Part shown: piece by piece, positions 39,367-62,373 of the stretch
Layout of the letters: the number at the start of each line of letters is the position of its first letter
Position numbering within the stretch: the first letter of the stretch is position 1
Origin: the human T2T-CHM13v2.0 reference genome, Homo sapiens
Direction: 5' to 3' (one strand)
Length of the DNA stretch: 64,000 nucleotides
Assembly (NCBI RefSeq): GCF_009914755.1
Contig: NC_060925.1
The notes under the pieces: generated by a model
The model's input: only the letters and a program-made list of their open reading frames with translations
What the model was told of the DNA's origin: nothing
The model's database searches: none
Position numbers and translations under genes: made by a program

Positions 39367-40111
39367 CTGTCAGCGTAATTCTTTGGTCTGGAGGCACCGA
39401 CAGGACACGGTTTTCACGCACTTTCAAAGCGCCCACATTTGGGGAGGCTGCCTGCGTTCCTGTGACTTTGGGAGCCGTCCCACGGGCACGACCCTTCATT
39501 CCCAGGGACAGCAGACGCCCTTTGTACATCCACTTCTGCAGCTTCTTGACTGTCACTGCCGGCGGCCTGAGGAAGGAGGGGCCTTCCTGGCGGTCTCCTT
39601 TGCCACTGCGTATCACAGAGGACCCCGCTGGATCCCTGAAAGGGCTTCCCGAGGAGCAGCCGTGGTCCTTGCAGCCTGGAGGCTGGAGGCCGGTGGGTGC
39701 AGCCGCCCGGGCGCGGTCCCCACTCCAGCCGTCCATCCTGCCTCCACGTGGCGGGGGCTCGTCCCAGTCCCGGTGCGCGCCGCACCTGATCCAGCTGTCG
39801 CTCGGCCACCGCTGGAAGGGAGGCGGCTTGGCACCCACCCGGAGGCTCTCGAGGCTTCTGCTGCAGGACGGCCGCATCCGAGGAGTCCGCAGCTGGCCTC
39901 CCCGCGGCTCCCTCTGAGGCGACCGGGGCGGGGACACCTGCTGCCGAGGGCGTCCGCCGCCTCCCCGCTCCCCGTCCCGGGGGCAGGCTCGGCGGTACGC
40001 GGCGCCGCGGGAAGGCGGCTGGCCCGGAGCCCGGGCTCCCGCGGGGAAGCTGTGATCCGCCAAGCCCCTGCCGCCCCGCCGCGCGCCCGAGTCAGGGGGC
40101 AGGTCGTGCAT
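39367..40111 (-). CDS. SYDE2: SYDE2 coding exon 1 from the MHDLPPDSG start (see findings for the upstream in-frame extension to 40702)
   Basis: ORF reads [14 protein letters not shown]...DQRITLT, which I recognise as the human SYDE2 reference N-terminus. Donor CAG|GTAGGA at 39367/39366; 745 nt, ends in phase 1; lies in a CpG island. Confidence 0.93.
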
Positions 40112-41250
40112 GGCCTGGATCAGCAGATAATAGGCCTCTCGCAACTGGGTCCGCAGCCTGCCTGTCTCCAGGCGGCCGCCCTCCGCCCCCAGGGAGGAGC
40201 CCGCCGCTGGGGGAGGCGGGGGACGCCGTTCCGCCTCCGCCCCCTCAGGCTCGGGCGCAGACTGCGAGCCGCCGGGCAGGTTTTCGTAGTAGTCGGCGTC
40301 GTAGTCGTCTTCGTCCTTGTCGTCTTCCTCCTCCTCTCCGCTGCCCTCGGAGCCCTCCGGGGAGTGCGGAGGGGCGTGAGCGAGCCCATGGCTCTGGGGG
40401 GCGGCCTCCTGCCCGCCGCGCGGCCGAGGCCCGAGCGCCCCCAACTGCTCCGGGTGCCCTCCGGGGACCCGCGCCCCGGGACCCCACGCCTCAGGTGACG
40501 GCGAGGGCTGCTGTAGGCTCCGCCCGTGTCCCCCGGCGTGCTCACGTGGGAGGGTGTCTGCGGCACCCCAGGCGTCTCCCGCGGCTGCCGAAGAGGCCGC
40601 CACCGCAGCTGCGGCTGCCGCCCGGAGCCCTAGCCCCCCGGTGCCGCGGGGACCCCGCCTTCCCCGGAGCCTGGACAGCGTCCTCCTCAGAGGGTCCGCC
40701 ATCCCCTCTGCCTTAGCCGCGAGGCTCACCCCCGCCAGGGGGAGAGGTCGGAGCCCCGCTGGGGAGAAAACCGCGCTCGCGGAGGCGGAGGCGGAGGCGG
40801 CGGCGGCTCCCCATGACCGGCGCTGGCCCTCGCCGGCTCCTCACATACTTGGCATAACTCTGCCGCGGGAAGGCGTGGGGGAGGGCGGTGGCGCCGCAAC
40901 GCGCATGCCCCGGAGCCCCGGGCCGCGACGGGGCGCGCGGGCCGGGGGCGGCAGAGGTGGGTTCTCGGGGTGGGCGAGTGGTGCAGGTGGAGGCGGAGGG
41001 CGCGGGCCGGTAGGTTGAGTAGTAGGTCGGCTGAAGCTGACCGACGGAAGCAGGGGTGGGCGCACAGAGCGCGAAGGGTGCGGGGAGAGTTGAGGCAGGG
41101 GAAAGAAGAACGAGCAGGAACGTGAGTTTGGGCTGGTGGCTGCAAAGTTTTGGTTAGGGAGCCCGAGAAAGGGAAAGTGCCCTCCTGGCTGTCACCCCAG
41201 CACCTTCACCGCCACCGCTGCACGAGGTGTGTCTTAGGCACAGCAAGTCC
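39400..41250. promoter_or_regulatory. CpG island / SYDE2 promoter and first exon
   Basis: Abrupt switch to very high GC with dense CpG. GC boxes (GGGGCGG near 40945), a GCGCATGC NRF1-like core at 40901-40908 and a GGC/GGAGGC repeat at 40781-40807. No TATA box. Confidence 0.9.
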
Positions 41251-42191
41251 TAGCTTGAGAGAAAACAAAGATTGTTTTGACGGACAAAGTACGAGTGCAG
41301 GTGTATCTCGGTGCATGTGTTCTAGAAATGTATCAATCATTTTAATCGCCCAGAGAGCTAGCTAGCTAAAAGAAATTTGCAGCGATTCCTTTTCTATAAG
41401 AGTTCTTTTATCAAAAACAAAACAAAACCCACCCACCGATGTCTCTTTTAAGTCTGTTTTTCCTTCTTTATTTCAGTTAATGCATGCTAACAAAATTATT
41501 ACATCAGCCAAAACTTGTAAAATGGAGCCACAAATATTATGTCCCTCATCACCCTACCTACAAGATTATCATACAGGTTTGCAGCTTTCTAATATAAAAA
41601 AGTTAACACTTCATTTTAATTTAAATAGTGAGTTGAGAAGCAATTGAATTGAAGTTGAGACACAGTGTAATCTAGAAATACCGGCTGTCTCCCAAAAACG
41701 TTAAATTCCAGGTTCTGGGCAGCAGTTGCAAACTCAAGTACCCCTCGTTGCCAGAGATTAATTGATTCAGTGACTGATAAGAATCAGTCGTGCTATCATC
41801 CCTGATTTGAGTTACTTTTTTTAGTGTTTACATAGTAGAAAGGGCCTTTTTCTGAGTTACTCATAAATATGCTGACACCTAGCACAGTGCGTGCACTTAG
41901 TAGATACTCAAATACTTAAGAAAATATTTGTTGAATAAATAAATGTTTGCATTACTGAATAAAATGAAATAATTTTGCCCTAATTTACCTTATTTGCAAC
42001 TGCAGTATATTTTCCTATGTCAGTTGTTTTCTTGTTGTCCAGTGGCTCCAATCTCTGAATGTGCTTTGACTATACTACCTTTATTAGTACCTAGTCTCTG
42101 CTTTCTGGAATAATTGTTACCTGCATCTGAGATTTGCAGATAAGAGAGAATATTTGCAGAAATCTTACCCACTCTCTAAAACTCTGCTCTA

Positions 42192-42515
42192 GGCCAGGCG
42201 GGGTGGCTCATGCCTGTAATCTTAGCACTTTGAGAGGCTGAGATGGGCAGATTGCTTGAGCCCAGGAGTTCAAGACCAGCCTGGACAACATGGCACAACC
42301 TGGTCTCTACGAGGAACAAAAACAAACAAAAAAAAAAACACAAAAAAAATTGGCTAGATGTGGTGGTGTGCACCTGTAGTCCTAGCTACTCTAGAGGCCG
42401 CGGTGGGAGGATCACTTGAGCCTGTGAGGCTGAAGCTGCAATGAACCGAGATCATGACACTTCATTCCAACCTGGATGACTGAGGGAGATTCTGTCTCAA
42501 AATAATAAGAATAAA
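42192..42515 (+). mobile_element. AluJ
   Basis: Diverged dimer; TSD AAAACTCWGCTC. Confidence 0.85.
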
Positions 42516-44405
42516 ATAATAAAACTCAGCTCAACTGCCTTCTTGTTTATGAAGTCATCTCTGATCTCCCAGACGGGAACTCAAGTTCTAAACTTCAATA
42601 TTACTTTATTCCCACCCATAGTATAGTTACTGTTTTTTGTTTTATACAGTTTGTATACATGTCCTTTCTCCTTTACAAGAAAATTCATAAACTCCCTAAG
42701 GGCAGAAACTGTTTATAATTGACCTTTATATTCTCCACAGGAGTATAACTTTAGCATCTTATATATTGTGCATGATGAATAAACATTTTTGAATTAATAT
42801 CAATTTTAATTTAGAGAGAACAAGTGGCTTTAATTCCAGTCTATTGCCTAACTCTCCACTAGACCATGCTATATTAGTGTTGTTTTAAAATTCTTTCTGC
42901 GATGAGTAAGAGACACAGTTTGTTAAATAATCTTAATTCGTATCTAAGAAAATGCAATGAAATGTGATGAAATATTACACTATAATTTGCATATATTGAT
43001 ATTTGTAGTTCTACAATATTTTCATTCCATGGGCCCCAGGCTATTTAATGAATAGTCAAGGCATAAAACTATGTCCCAGTGAAATATTCCCACAGGAAAT
43101 GACTGATAGCAAAGTTGCCAATAATGGTTCTATAAACACAATTTGATCTCTATCTCAGAAATTGTTTCCATTCCAACTCTGTTGCAAAATCTTTTTATGC
43201 TTTGTAGTTAACATAGCTGTTAAGAACACTATAAGCTGCATATATATCTATATGCAGATAGATATATATGAGTAGAAAAATATAACCTTGAAGATCTGGA
43301 TTGAACTTCATCCCGAATTCAGTTTATCCACTTGTTCAGGAGTTATAAAACATTGGTTATTGGCCAATATAAAATACTATGCATTGTTCTAGGCGTTACT
43401 CAGAACTAAGTTTGATGCAGCATACCACGACTGAACTTAATGCTTCTTTAAAGTTGAGAATGTTCTAACTCATGAATTCACAATTTTAATCATTTTGTGT
43501 CACAACAGAAATTAATAAGGCAGTCATGGCCATATGACACTATTTAAAGACCTTAATAATGTAAATTCCACTTTTCTGTATGTGCATTACACATCAATAA
43601 AAAGTTGGTAAAAATGTAATTCTAAAGAGACAATGCCCACAAAACTTATATTATGCCTAATATAATTAAGATAATGACAAGATATGAACATAAACTATAC
43701 TTTGTAAAATCTTTTTTTACAATTTGTATCCTATTCCCTCACTTATCTCAATTTTCATATCTTTCTAATCCATAGATTCCCATGAAAATTAGGGGATGGG
43801 AATCATTTTTCAGTGTTTATACTTGTTTCTCAGTGACTGGGAAATAATTTTGATGCCCCATCTATTACTAACTATGTGTTGGCACTGTCACAAAAGATAT
43901 AACAACTACGGGATAACAGGGCTCCAGTAAGGCAGGGATCCAAACTAGGGATGGAGTAGCACTGACTCAATCTGGGAGGAGGGGGAGAAAAGCAGGGCAA
44001 GTTGAGGCAGAGGGCTAGGTTTAACAGTAATAGAAGGGAAGTGTTTAGGTATGTTATGGTTATTTTCTAGTCAATTTAGAGTGCATTTCTGTCTCACTGA
44101 TGTTCAGTCTTCCATTATACTCTTAGTGGAACCAAAGGCAAATTTAGCTCTACCATTTGTCCAGTATTGTCTCCCTAAACTGCCTTACAGGGATGTCCTG
44201 GAGTAGACCTCCCTCGTCTGCCATGCAACTCCGTTAGTATGGAGTAAAATATACTTCAGCCTAAAGCTGACCACGCTAACACTGCACTGAGAATCAAAGA
44301 TGGCATGTTCTCAGTACAGCAATTTGTACTATTTCATAATTAATATCTGGCAATTTGCAATATTGCTTAACCCATCCCCACCCCCATCAAAGTAATAAAA
44401 AAGAT

Positions 44406-45000
44406 AGGCTGGGCCTGGTGACTCACGCCTGTAATCCCAGCACTTTGGGAGGCTAAGGTGGGCAGATCACTTGAAGCTGGGGGTTCAAGACCATCCGGGC
44501 CAACATAGAAACTGTATCTCTACTACAAATACAAAAATTAGCTGGGTGTGATGGCTCACGCCTGTAATCCCAGCTACTTGGGAGGCTGAGGCATGAGATT
44601 CACTTGAGCCCAGGAAGTAGAGGTTGCAGTGAGCCTAGATGGTGCCACTGCACTGCAGCCTGGGTGACAGAACAACACTCTGCCTCAAAATGCAAACAAA
44701 GGCCGGGTGCAGCGGCTCACGCCTGTAATTCCAGCACTTTGGGAGGCCCAGGCGGGCGGATCACGAGGTCAGGAGATCGAGACCATCCTGGTTAATACGG
44801 TGAAACCCTGTCTTTACTAAAAATACAAAAACAATTAGCTGAGCATGGTGGCGGGTGCCTGTAGTCCCAGCTAGTTGGGAGGCTGAGGCAGGAGAATGGC
44901 GTGAACCTGGGAGGCAGAGTTTGCAGCCGAGATCGTGCCACTGCACTCCAGCCTGGGTGACAGAGCGAGACTCTGTCTCAACAAAAAAAAAAAAAAAAAA
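44406..45000 (+). mobile_element. Tandem Alus: AluS (44406-44700) with an AluY-like element (44701-45000) inserted at its tail
   Basis: Two head-to-tail dimers with no spacer. Confidence 0.88.
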
Positions 45001-45699
45001 GGGAAACAAAAACAAAGTAGTAAAAAAGAACTTTTGTTAAGTGCATGTGTATTTTGTGATGTTTTAGAAATGTATGCTTTAGAATAGTCACTGATATTTC
45101 AGAATCTCTTATTATATTAATATACTTGGGATATATAGAACAACTTGCCCAAGCTCAGCGTAATAAGAAGAATTCAAATCCCATCTGTCTGATTCCATAG
45201 GCACTACACTCCTGTGTTATTTCTTTGAATAGAAAAAGAGACTAGACAGTTGATGTAATAATCCTTGCACTGGCTTGAACCTTTGTTTTTATAAATTATT
45301 TAGTTGGTCACCTTTCAGAAAAGAGTTTAATAGTTTATGAACTTTTGTGAAATGCATCTGAACGTTGGGAAGCTGCTTGTTAAACATTTGAATGCTTCTC
45401 AGTACAGTCCAACTCAAGGGTGTTAGAACTAAATCCTATATTTCCATTTAGTGATAAATCTATTCATATTACACCACAATGCAAAAGTGCATCCTGAAAT
45501 GTACTCTGGTTTTAAACGTAGGACGAGCTTTAAATACATAAAAGACAAAATATACACTCAGATAAGCCTGTTTCAAAAGTAAATAGGCAGTGAGAAAAGG
45601 GAAAGTGTAGGCTGCCTTTCCTAAACCACATCATTGGACTTCAGGGTAACAAATTAGTTCATGAAGGGAACTTGCTCTGTTTCAAAGTTGTCAATCTAA

Positions 45700-49162
<3,463 letters not shown>

Positions 49163-49319
49163 TAAAAGAAAACGTTTTATTGGAACTTTTAAGAAAGGAT
49201 TGGAGATACAAATAGCTTGAAAGCTACTTCATTGGGTAATTGTTGTCAGAAATACTGTCACATTCCCAAATGCTAGTTTTTCAATAAAACCTTTGATTCT
49301 ATAGAGTTTTCATTCACTA

Positions 49320-49642
49320 CCCTCAGTGGATTGGTTCTAGAATCCCGCTCAGATACCAAAATTCACAGATGCTCAAGTCCCTTATATAAAATGGCATAGC
49401 AATTGCATGTAACCTAGGCACATCCTCCTGTCTACTGTAAATCATTTCCAGATTCCTTATAATACCTAATACAATGCCTACATATCATTTCATTCAAGTG
49501 GATTCAACACAGTACTCAGTGGATGGCAAAATCAAGTTTTGCTTTTTGGAACTTTGTGGAATTTTTTTTTCAAAATATTTTTAATCTGAGGTTGGTTGAA
49601 TTCATGGATGCAGAACCCACAGACATGGAAGACCAACTGTCT
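49320..49642. mobile_element. MER2-family (Tigger) DNA transposon
   Basis: ggattggttctag...gataccaaaattcacagatgctcaagtcccttatataaaatggcatag...ttggttgaattcatggatgcagaaccc. Confidence 0.85.
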
Positions 49643-50210
49643 ACTCAACAAATAAATACAAATGGCTTCTTAAAGTTCACTTTTCTCTATCAACTACCAA
49701 AGAACTCAAATACAGAACTACAAAATTAAACAAGACTTCTGGCCCCCTCAATCTCTCACTTCCACCAAGAAAACAAAAACATTTTCCAGCATTTAGAAAT
49801 AACAGCCTACTTTCATTTCCTGCTGGAAAGTCATGGTTCTTTCATGTAAACAAAACCAAAGGACATTACCCTTATAGCAAAAAAACTACCTGGAAAAACC
49901 ATAATTACACTGAAAAAGATAGGTAAGTAAACATATCTTTAGCCTTTTGTATTCTTTTACTGGATAATTTTCTCTAAGGTAGAGGGTGAGGAGCTATATA
50001 TTATGTAACATTTTAGAAATAGCAGAAAACCAATTAGGGGGAAGAACACAAACCAAAACTACCCGATAACTTCTTTCCTGATTAAAATTATCTTCCAACA
50101 ATTCAATTATATGTAAAGAGGGAACCGTGGCTACACACGTATTTATTAACTGTTTCTGGCGGTCCAGAGGAAGCTGGATTATTTTTACCATAACAAAATC
50201 AGTTATTTTC

Positions 50211-52588
<2,378 letters not shown>

Positions 52589-54429
52589 ACAAATAAATAA
52601 AATACAGTGGCTTCTTAATTAAAAGACAAGAGGAGACTACAGAGTCATCAGCAACACTGTGATGGTCACTGGAGAGGTCAGTACCCTATGGAAGCTCAGT
52701 AATTGCTCTGAAAATAAAAACCTAACGTAGAATTCATGCAAAGACAACTTGATTTTACACATCTACAACAGGATTCTAAACTCAGTGCCTACTGGGGCCA
52801 GGCAGGTCCTGTCAATGAGTGTTCAAGTCCAAACATAACCAGAGGACTTAGTAAAAAAAAGTACTTTCTCAGCTGAAAGAATGGAGAACTACAAAGAATC
52901 ATTCCCTCACCCTTTTCCCATGTTCCTTTCTTCCACCCTTTGGCTAAGGAAGTGAGTTTCACATTTTAAAATATACTACATAGGCTAACTCTGGGTGGGT
53001 CAACCAAATACATGTGCTAGTTGCTAGTTTTTGACCTCTGATCTTCAGGGAACAACACACAAAAATTTTTTCCAGAAGAAAGGAATGCATAATATCATAA
53101 TTTTAAATAATTTACCATTAGCCTCATGACTGAAAGGGTTAAGGTCTATGGTAATGATAAAAATTCCCTCTCTTGCCTTATTTTTCATCATTATAATCTC
53201 AGTATCAGCAGGAGCCTCATAATTGCACAGAATTTATGAGTAGTAAACTGTTTTTACTTTACCTCTTAGTCTGATTCTCACCAAAAACCTTTGGGAATAA
53301 ATAAGCAGAACAGAGATGATTGTAACCACATTCAGATGAGATAGCTGAGACCCAGAAGGGACAAGCCATTTAATCACGCTTATTCAGGTTTGAGGATGAT
53401 GCATCCCTAGTTTTCCAAGCTTCTAGTACAAGTATCCTCATTTGTAAAGCATGTTTAATCTGATGAAAGTGATGCTTTCTTTAAAATCATAGATAGCTTA
53501 AAAACATGGAAAAGCAAAGATAAACAAAAAGAAAAATCTCATGTAACCACTCCCACAGTCATAATTATTAAAATGGAATTCAGTTTTCAACTTCACGTGA
53601 AGAGTAGTTGCTGGAAACCGTGTTTTTCAATATTTCAACCTCATAAGTAGTACTAAAGTAATATTCTGGTAATACAGAACAATTATCTTAGAGTGTGATA
53701 TTTTATTGTAAACAGCATTGGTACTTGCTAGTATATTGGATGCAACATGTGTGAGGAAGGAAAAAGTTAAAAACTTATTTTACAATGAGAACATCAAATT
53801 ACCCAGTAGGAATGTCATTTCTACCAGGATCTCTGTGAAATTACTTTGGTGGTAAATGTTTTTCTTTAAATGTAGAAGAGGTTCACTAACCTGAAAACTT
53901 TTTTTTTTCACCATGCACGCCAGTCAGCAACCTCATAATTAAGTGCCTGAAGATTGTTCAAATAAAAAGGGAACAAAGCTCGCAACAGAGTTCAATGCCT
54001 AAGTCAAGACTGCCCTGAGGCATGAGAAGTTTTATGTCTCTGTTTACCCTAGAAGTAAATTAAATAAATGCGTATTTAATATATGAATCACAGTTATATT
54101 TGGTTCACATATTATAGACAAGGAGAAACGAGAATTCTTTTTCAGATAAAATTTCTTAATAAAAAGCGAACGTACACCCACGAGTCTGGATACTTCTCCC
54201 CAGAATGCAGTCATAACTAATGCAGTATAAAATAACTGCAAAGCCGAAAAGCAAACCAGCGTTTTGGGTGTTCTGGTTTTGGGTTTCGAGTGTTACATTT
54301 CTAATTATAAAATGTGGACAGAATGCACATGCAGCACCACACCTATTTGAAGACTCTGAAAGTGAATAGTAGAAGGTGGATTGTGGAAGATCAGCATTCA
54401 ATGGATGACCAAAATCATGATGAGTTTAC

Positions 54430-57940
<3,511 letters not shown>

Positions 57941-57979
57941 CAATGAAATTATTTGGTAGAATGAAGTGCATGTTTTTCT

Positions 57980-58960
<981 letters not shown>

Positions 58961-58964
58961 GAGG

Positions 58965-59250
58965 TGAATTAGCTATTGGTGCAATAATAACGGTATAATA
59001 AAAACAACCACAAAATATAAGGGGCATACAACAATGAATATTTACTTTTGGCTGATGGGTCTGCAGATCAGTTGGGGCAGCTCTGCTATCAGACTACAGG
59101 TCAGCTTGGCTACACATGCCTCACTCTGCTGCCTGGCTGAAGGAGCAGTGGCTACCTGTGGCATGCCTCTAAAGGCATAGGCTTGGAACTGACATGTCAT
59201 TTCTGCTGCCTTCTATTGGCCAATGAAAGCCACAATACCAAGGCTAAGGA
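58965..59250 (-). mobile_element. Old MLT1 (I/J/K-type) LTR remnant
   Basis: ttagctattggtgcaataa...aacaaccacaaaat...gggtctgcagatcagttggggcagctctgct. Confidence 0.55.
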
Positions 59251-60964
59251 TACACATATTCAACTTTTCTAATCCCTGTGCTTTGAATTTCTAACTAGTT
59301 CCTATGGGCTGACTTTAGTCTTCTGCAAACCTACTATTTATACTTGATACTACCTGGCATCCCACTTCTTTGGATAGCTGCAGACTGGGGTCCCTCCCTG
59401 ATCTCTTCCCATATAGAATCTAGTGAGGCAAAACTAACATTTCTGGAGATCCAAACCCGTGACAAGCACTAAGTCATATATCATCTCATTTATCCTCATA
59501 ACTCTGAGAAATAGGACTTGCTATCTCAACTTCACAGGCTCAGGGAGGGAAAGTAAGTCATCCAGGGTCACAGAAGTGGTAACTGACTTTTAGAATTCAC
59601 ATGAAAAAAAAAATCTGATTTGAAAGCTAAAGCTTTCCTTCTATATCTTACTAATTCCCCAAATACCTAGTTCTTTTACCCCCCACTCTAGCCACAGGCT
59701 TATCCCTTTGTTTACTGAATCTTGAGTTCTAGCTGTTGTCTTCGGAAAATCTGATCAGGTCATTTCATAGTCTTAGGAAAAATGCTCATTGAGAAATCAA
59801 ACAAAGACTTTTGATTAAAGGGTTCCAAAAAGATTCAGTGAAGGAGGCACGACCCAGATGTTGGCTGGTAGAGATGAGTGGGAAGGTATCCACCCTTGTG
59901 GAACAGCATGAACAAAGGCAGAGAGGTGGGAAAGTACACCGTGTACTTGGGAATAGCAAGGGGTCTGCTTCAAAAGAATGTGAGATCAACTCCTAAGTAA
60001 GACTTGGAAGAGGGAGAGGTTTAACATCCCATTCGGGGAAATGACTGCGGTGAGGTCGTGTGTGAAAGAGGAGTGAGTGCTTTTTCCCCAAAAGGAAATC
60101 ACAATGAAGTAGCAGTTACTGCCAAGACCTGTCAAGGCTGAAGGAAAGCAAGGATTTCATTCCATAGCATTATGTTAACAAATGAATAAGCCAAACTATA
60201 AACTAATTCTCCATGTAAACATTCCAGAACTACTGCTGGAGAAACACAGAGTATTTGGTATGCTAAAGAAAACGCGTGAATGAGGTCAATTACAGGCCAA
60301 GACAGAAAGGCAAAGAGGGACCAGAAAGATTAGTTATAACTGGAAAGCTTATCAATGGAAGAGCCTGCCAGAAATCTCCCTTTGGGAAGACATGGAGAAG
60401 ATGGCCATCAGTATAAGCAAGAAATGCAAAGGCTGAAATTGAATTCATAATTTAATGAAAGGTTTTTTAGAAACTCATAATGGATTTCTGCCCAAACACA
60501 AACATCCTATTAATATAAAATTCCATCCTGTTAATGTAATTCTTATTCATGGAAATAGACACTTTCACCATAAATGATCTCCCTGCACCCTTTAGAGAGG
60601 CAGTGATTTCTGAACCAATAAAAATAAGAATCACCAATGATTTCTAATTACCTATGGCCAGAGAAAAGGAAGGAGAAAATGATACTGTTCTGTGTCCTTT
60701 GAAAGACAACCAGTGGGTCAAAGTTGCTCACTTAGTTCATTTAATGTGTCCTCAGAACATGATAAATCCATTTAGAAAACATGCTTAATTTCACTGGCAT
60801 AGTGAAATGTTCTAAAGCTTTGGACTTTAGGGGCTGTCATTTAACTTTTGACTACTGACAAAATTTTAGTGCAGAAAACTGCTCAAGTTAGTTACCATAT
60901 CCATTTCCATTCAAAATTCTAAACAAGGAGCTCTTTCCTAAATTTTAACAATTTTTCCATAGTT

Positions 60965-61297
<333 letters not shown>

Positions 61298-61456
61298 TGA
61301 CACACTTGATCCTGAACACTTGTCCCCTTCACATCCCCAACTCTCTGCTGCTTAAGCCCTTCAGGGCCTTATTGCTTATAGAATACATTCCAAACCCCCT
61401 TCCTCAGCCTACGAGGGCCTGCACAATGCGGCTTCTACCTGCCTTTGTATCTTCAG

Positions 61457-61789
61457 TGTCTTAGTCTGTTCCAGCTGCTACAACAAAATACCATAAACTG
61501 GTGGCATATAAACAACAGAAATTTATTTATTACAGTTCTGGAGGCTGGGCAGTCCAACATCAAGGTGGTAGTAGATTTGGTGTCTGGTGAAGGCCCACTT
61601 TCTGGTTCATAGATGGCACCTTCTCACTGTGTCCTCACATGGTAGATGGGGCAAGAGACCTCTCTTGGGCCTCCTTTATAAGGGCACTAATCCCATTCAA
61701 AGGTCTCATCTCTTAATACCATCACTTCGGGAGTTAGGATTTCAACATATGGTGGGTTGGCAGTGGACACAAATATTCAAATCATAGTA
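61457..61789 (-). mobile_element. MLT1A-type MaLR LTR inserted in an L2 (about 61300-62195)
   Basis: tgtcttagtctgttccagctgctacaacaaaataccataaactg...cagttctggaggctggg...ataagggcactaatcccattc; the L2 resumes and ends in (ATGA)n at about 62170-62195. Confidence 0.85.
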
Positions 61790-62373
61790 TTCACTTCATA
61801 CCACTCTCCCCCTCCCCCTCCCACTACGCTGGTCACCTTTTTGTTTCCCAAACCTGCCAAAGATTTCCTGCTCAGGGACTTTGCACAATAGTTCCTTTTT
61901 GCAGATAATTCATGGCTCTTGTTCAGCCCTCTGGTCTAAGCTTAAATGTCCTTGTAACAAAGAGTTTCTGGTCATAACATATATCACAAACTGTAATTAT
62001 CTTCTTTGTTGATATATTTTACTTATTTACTGTCTGTCTCTCCCACTAGGATGTAAACTCCATGAGGGCAGAAAACAAGCACAGGTACAACCCAACTTAT
62101 CCTTCAAGTGTCAGCTCAAATATTGTTCTTCATATACGTAGGGCCTGGCACATAGTAGTTGGTGGATAGATGAATGAATGAATGAATGAATGAATGGAAA
62201 AGGAGTGAGGCAAAAGGCAGCGGCCTTAAAACAGACATATAAATCAGACTGAGGTTGTGCAAAAAAAGTATTTCTGAAACTGAGATACTCCACAAAATCC
62301 ATGGTGTCAATAATATAGTATCATTTATAGACCTTGTAATTATTTGTTTTAGGTTAAATAAACAGTGTCAATT

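Noticed and set aside
40703-40729. GTG 40729 as the SYDE2 start (MSLAAKAEG)
   Set aside because: Artefact of the ORF caller allowing GTG; the paralog-like motif starts at ATG 40702 and this GT is better read as a possible splice donor.
39290-41018. Long plus-strand ORFs (402, 193, 154 aa) and other overlapping frames in the CpG island
   Set aside because: Stops are rare at this GC content; most begin at TTG/GTG, have low-complexity Arg/Pro/Gly/Ala composition and shadow the SYDE2 exon. No independent support.
43236-43257. Short palindromes (CTGCATATA..TATATGCAG; similar 8-9 bp arms near 22825 and 23431-23470)
   Set aside because: Expected by chance in AT-rich or TA-repeat DNA.
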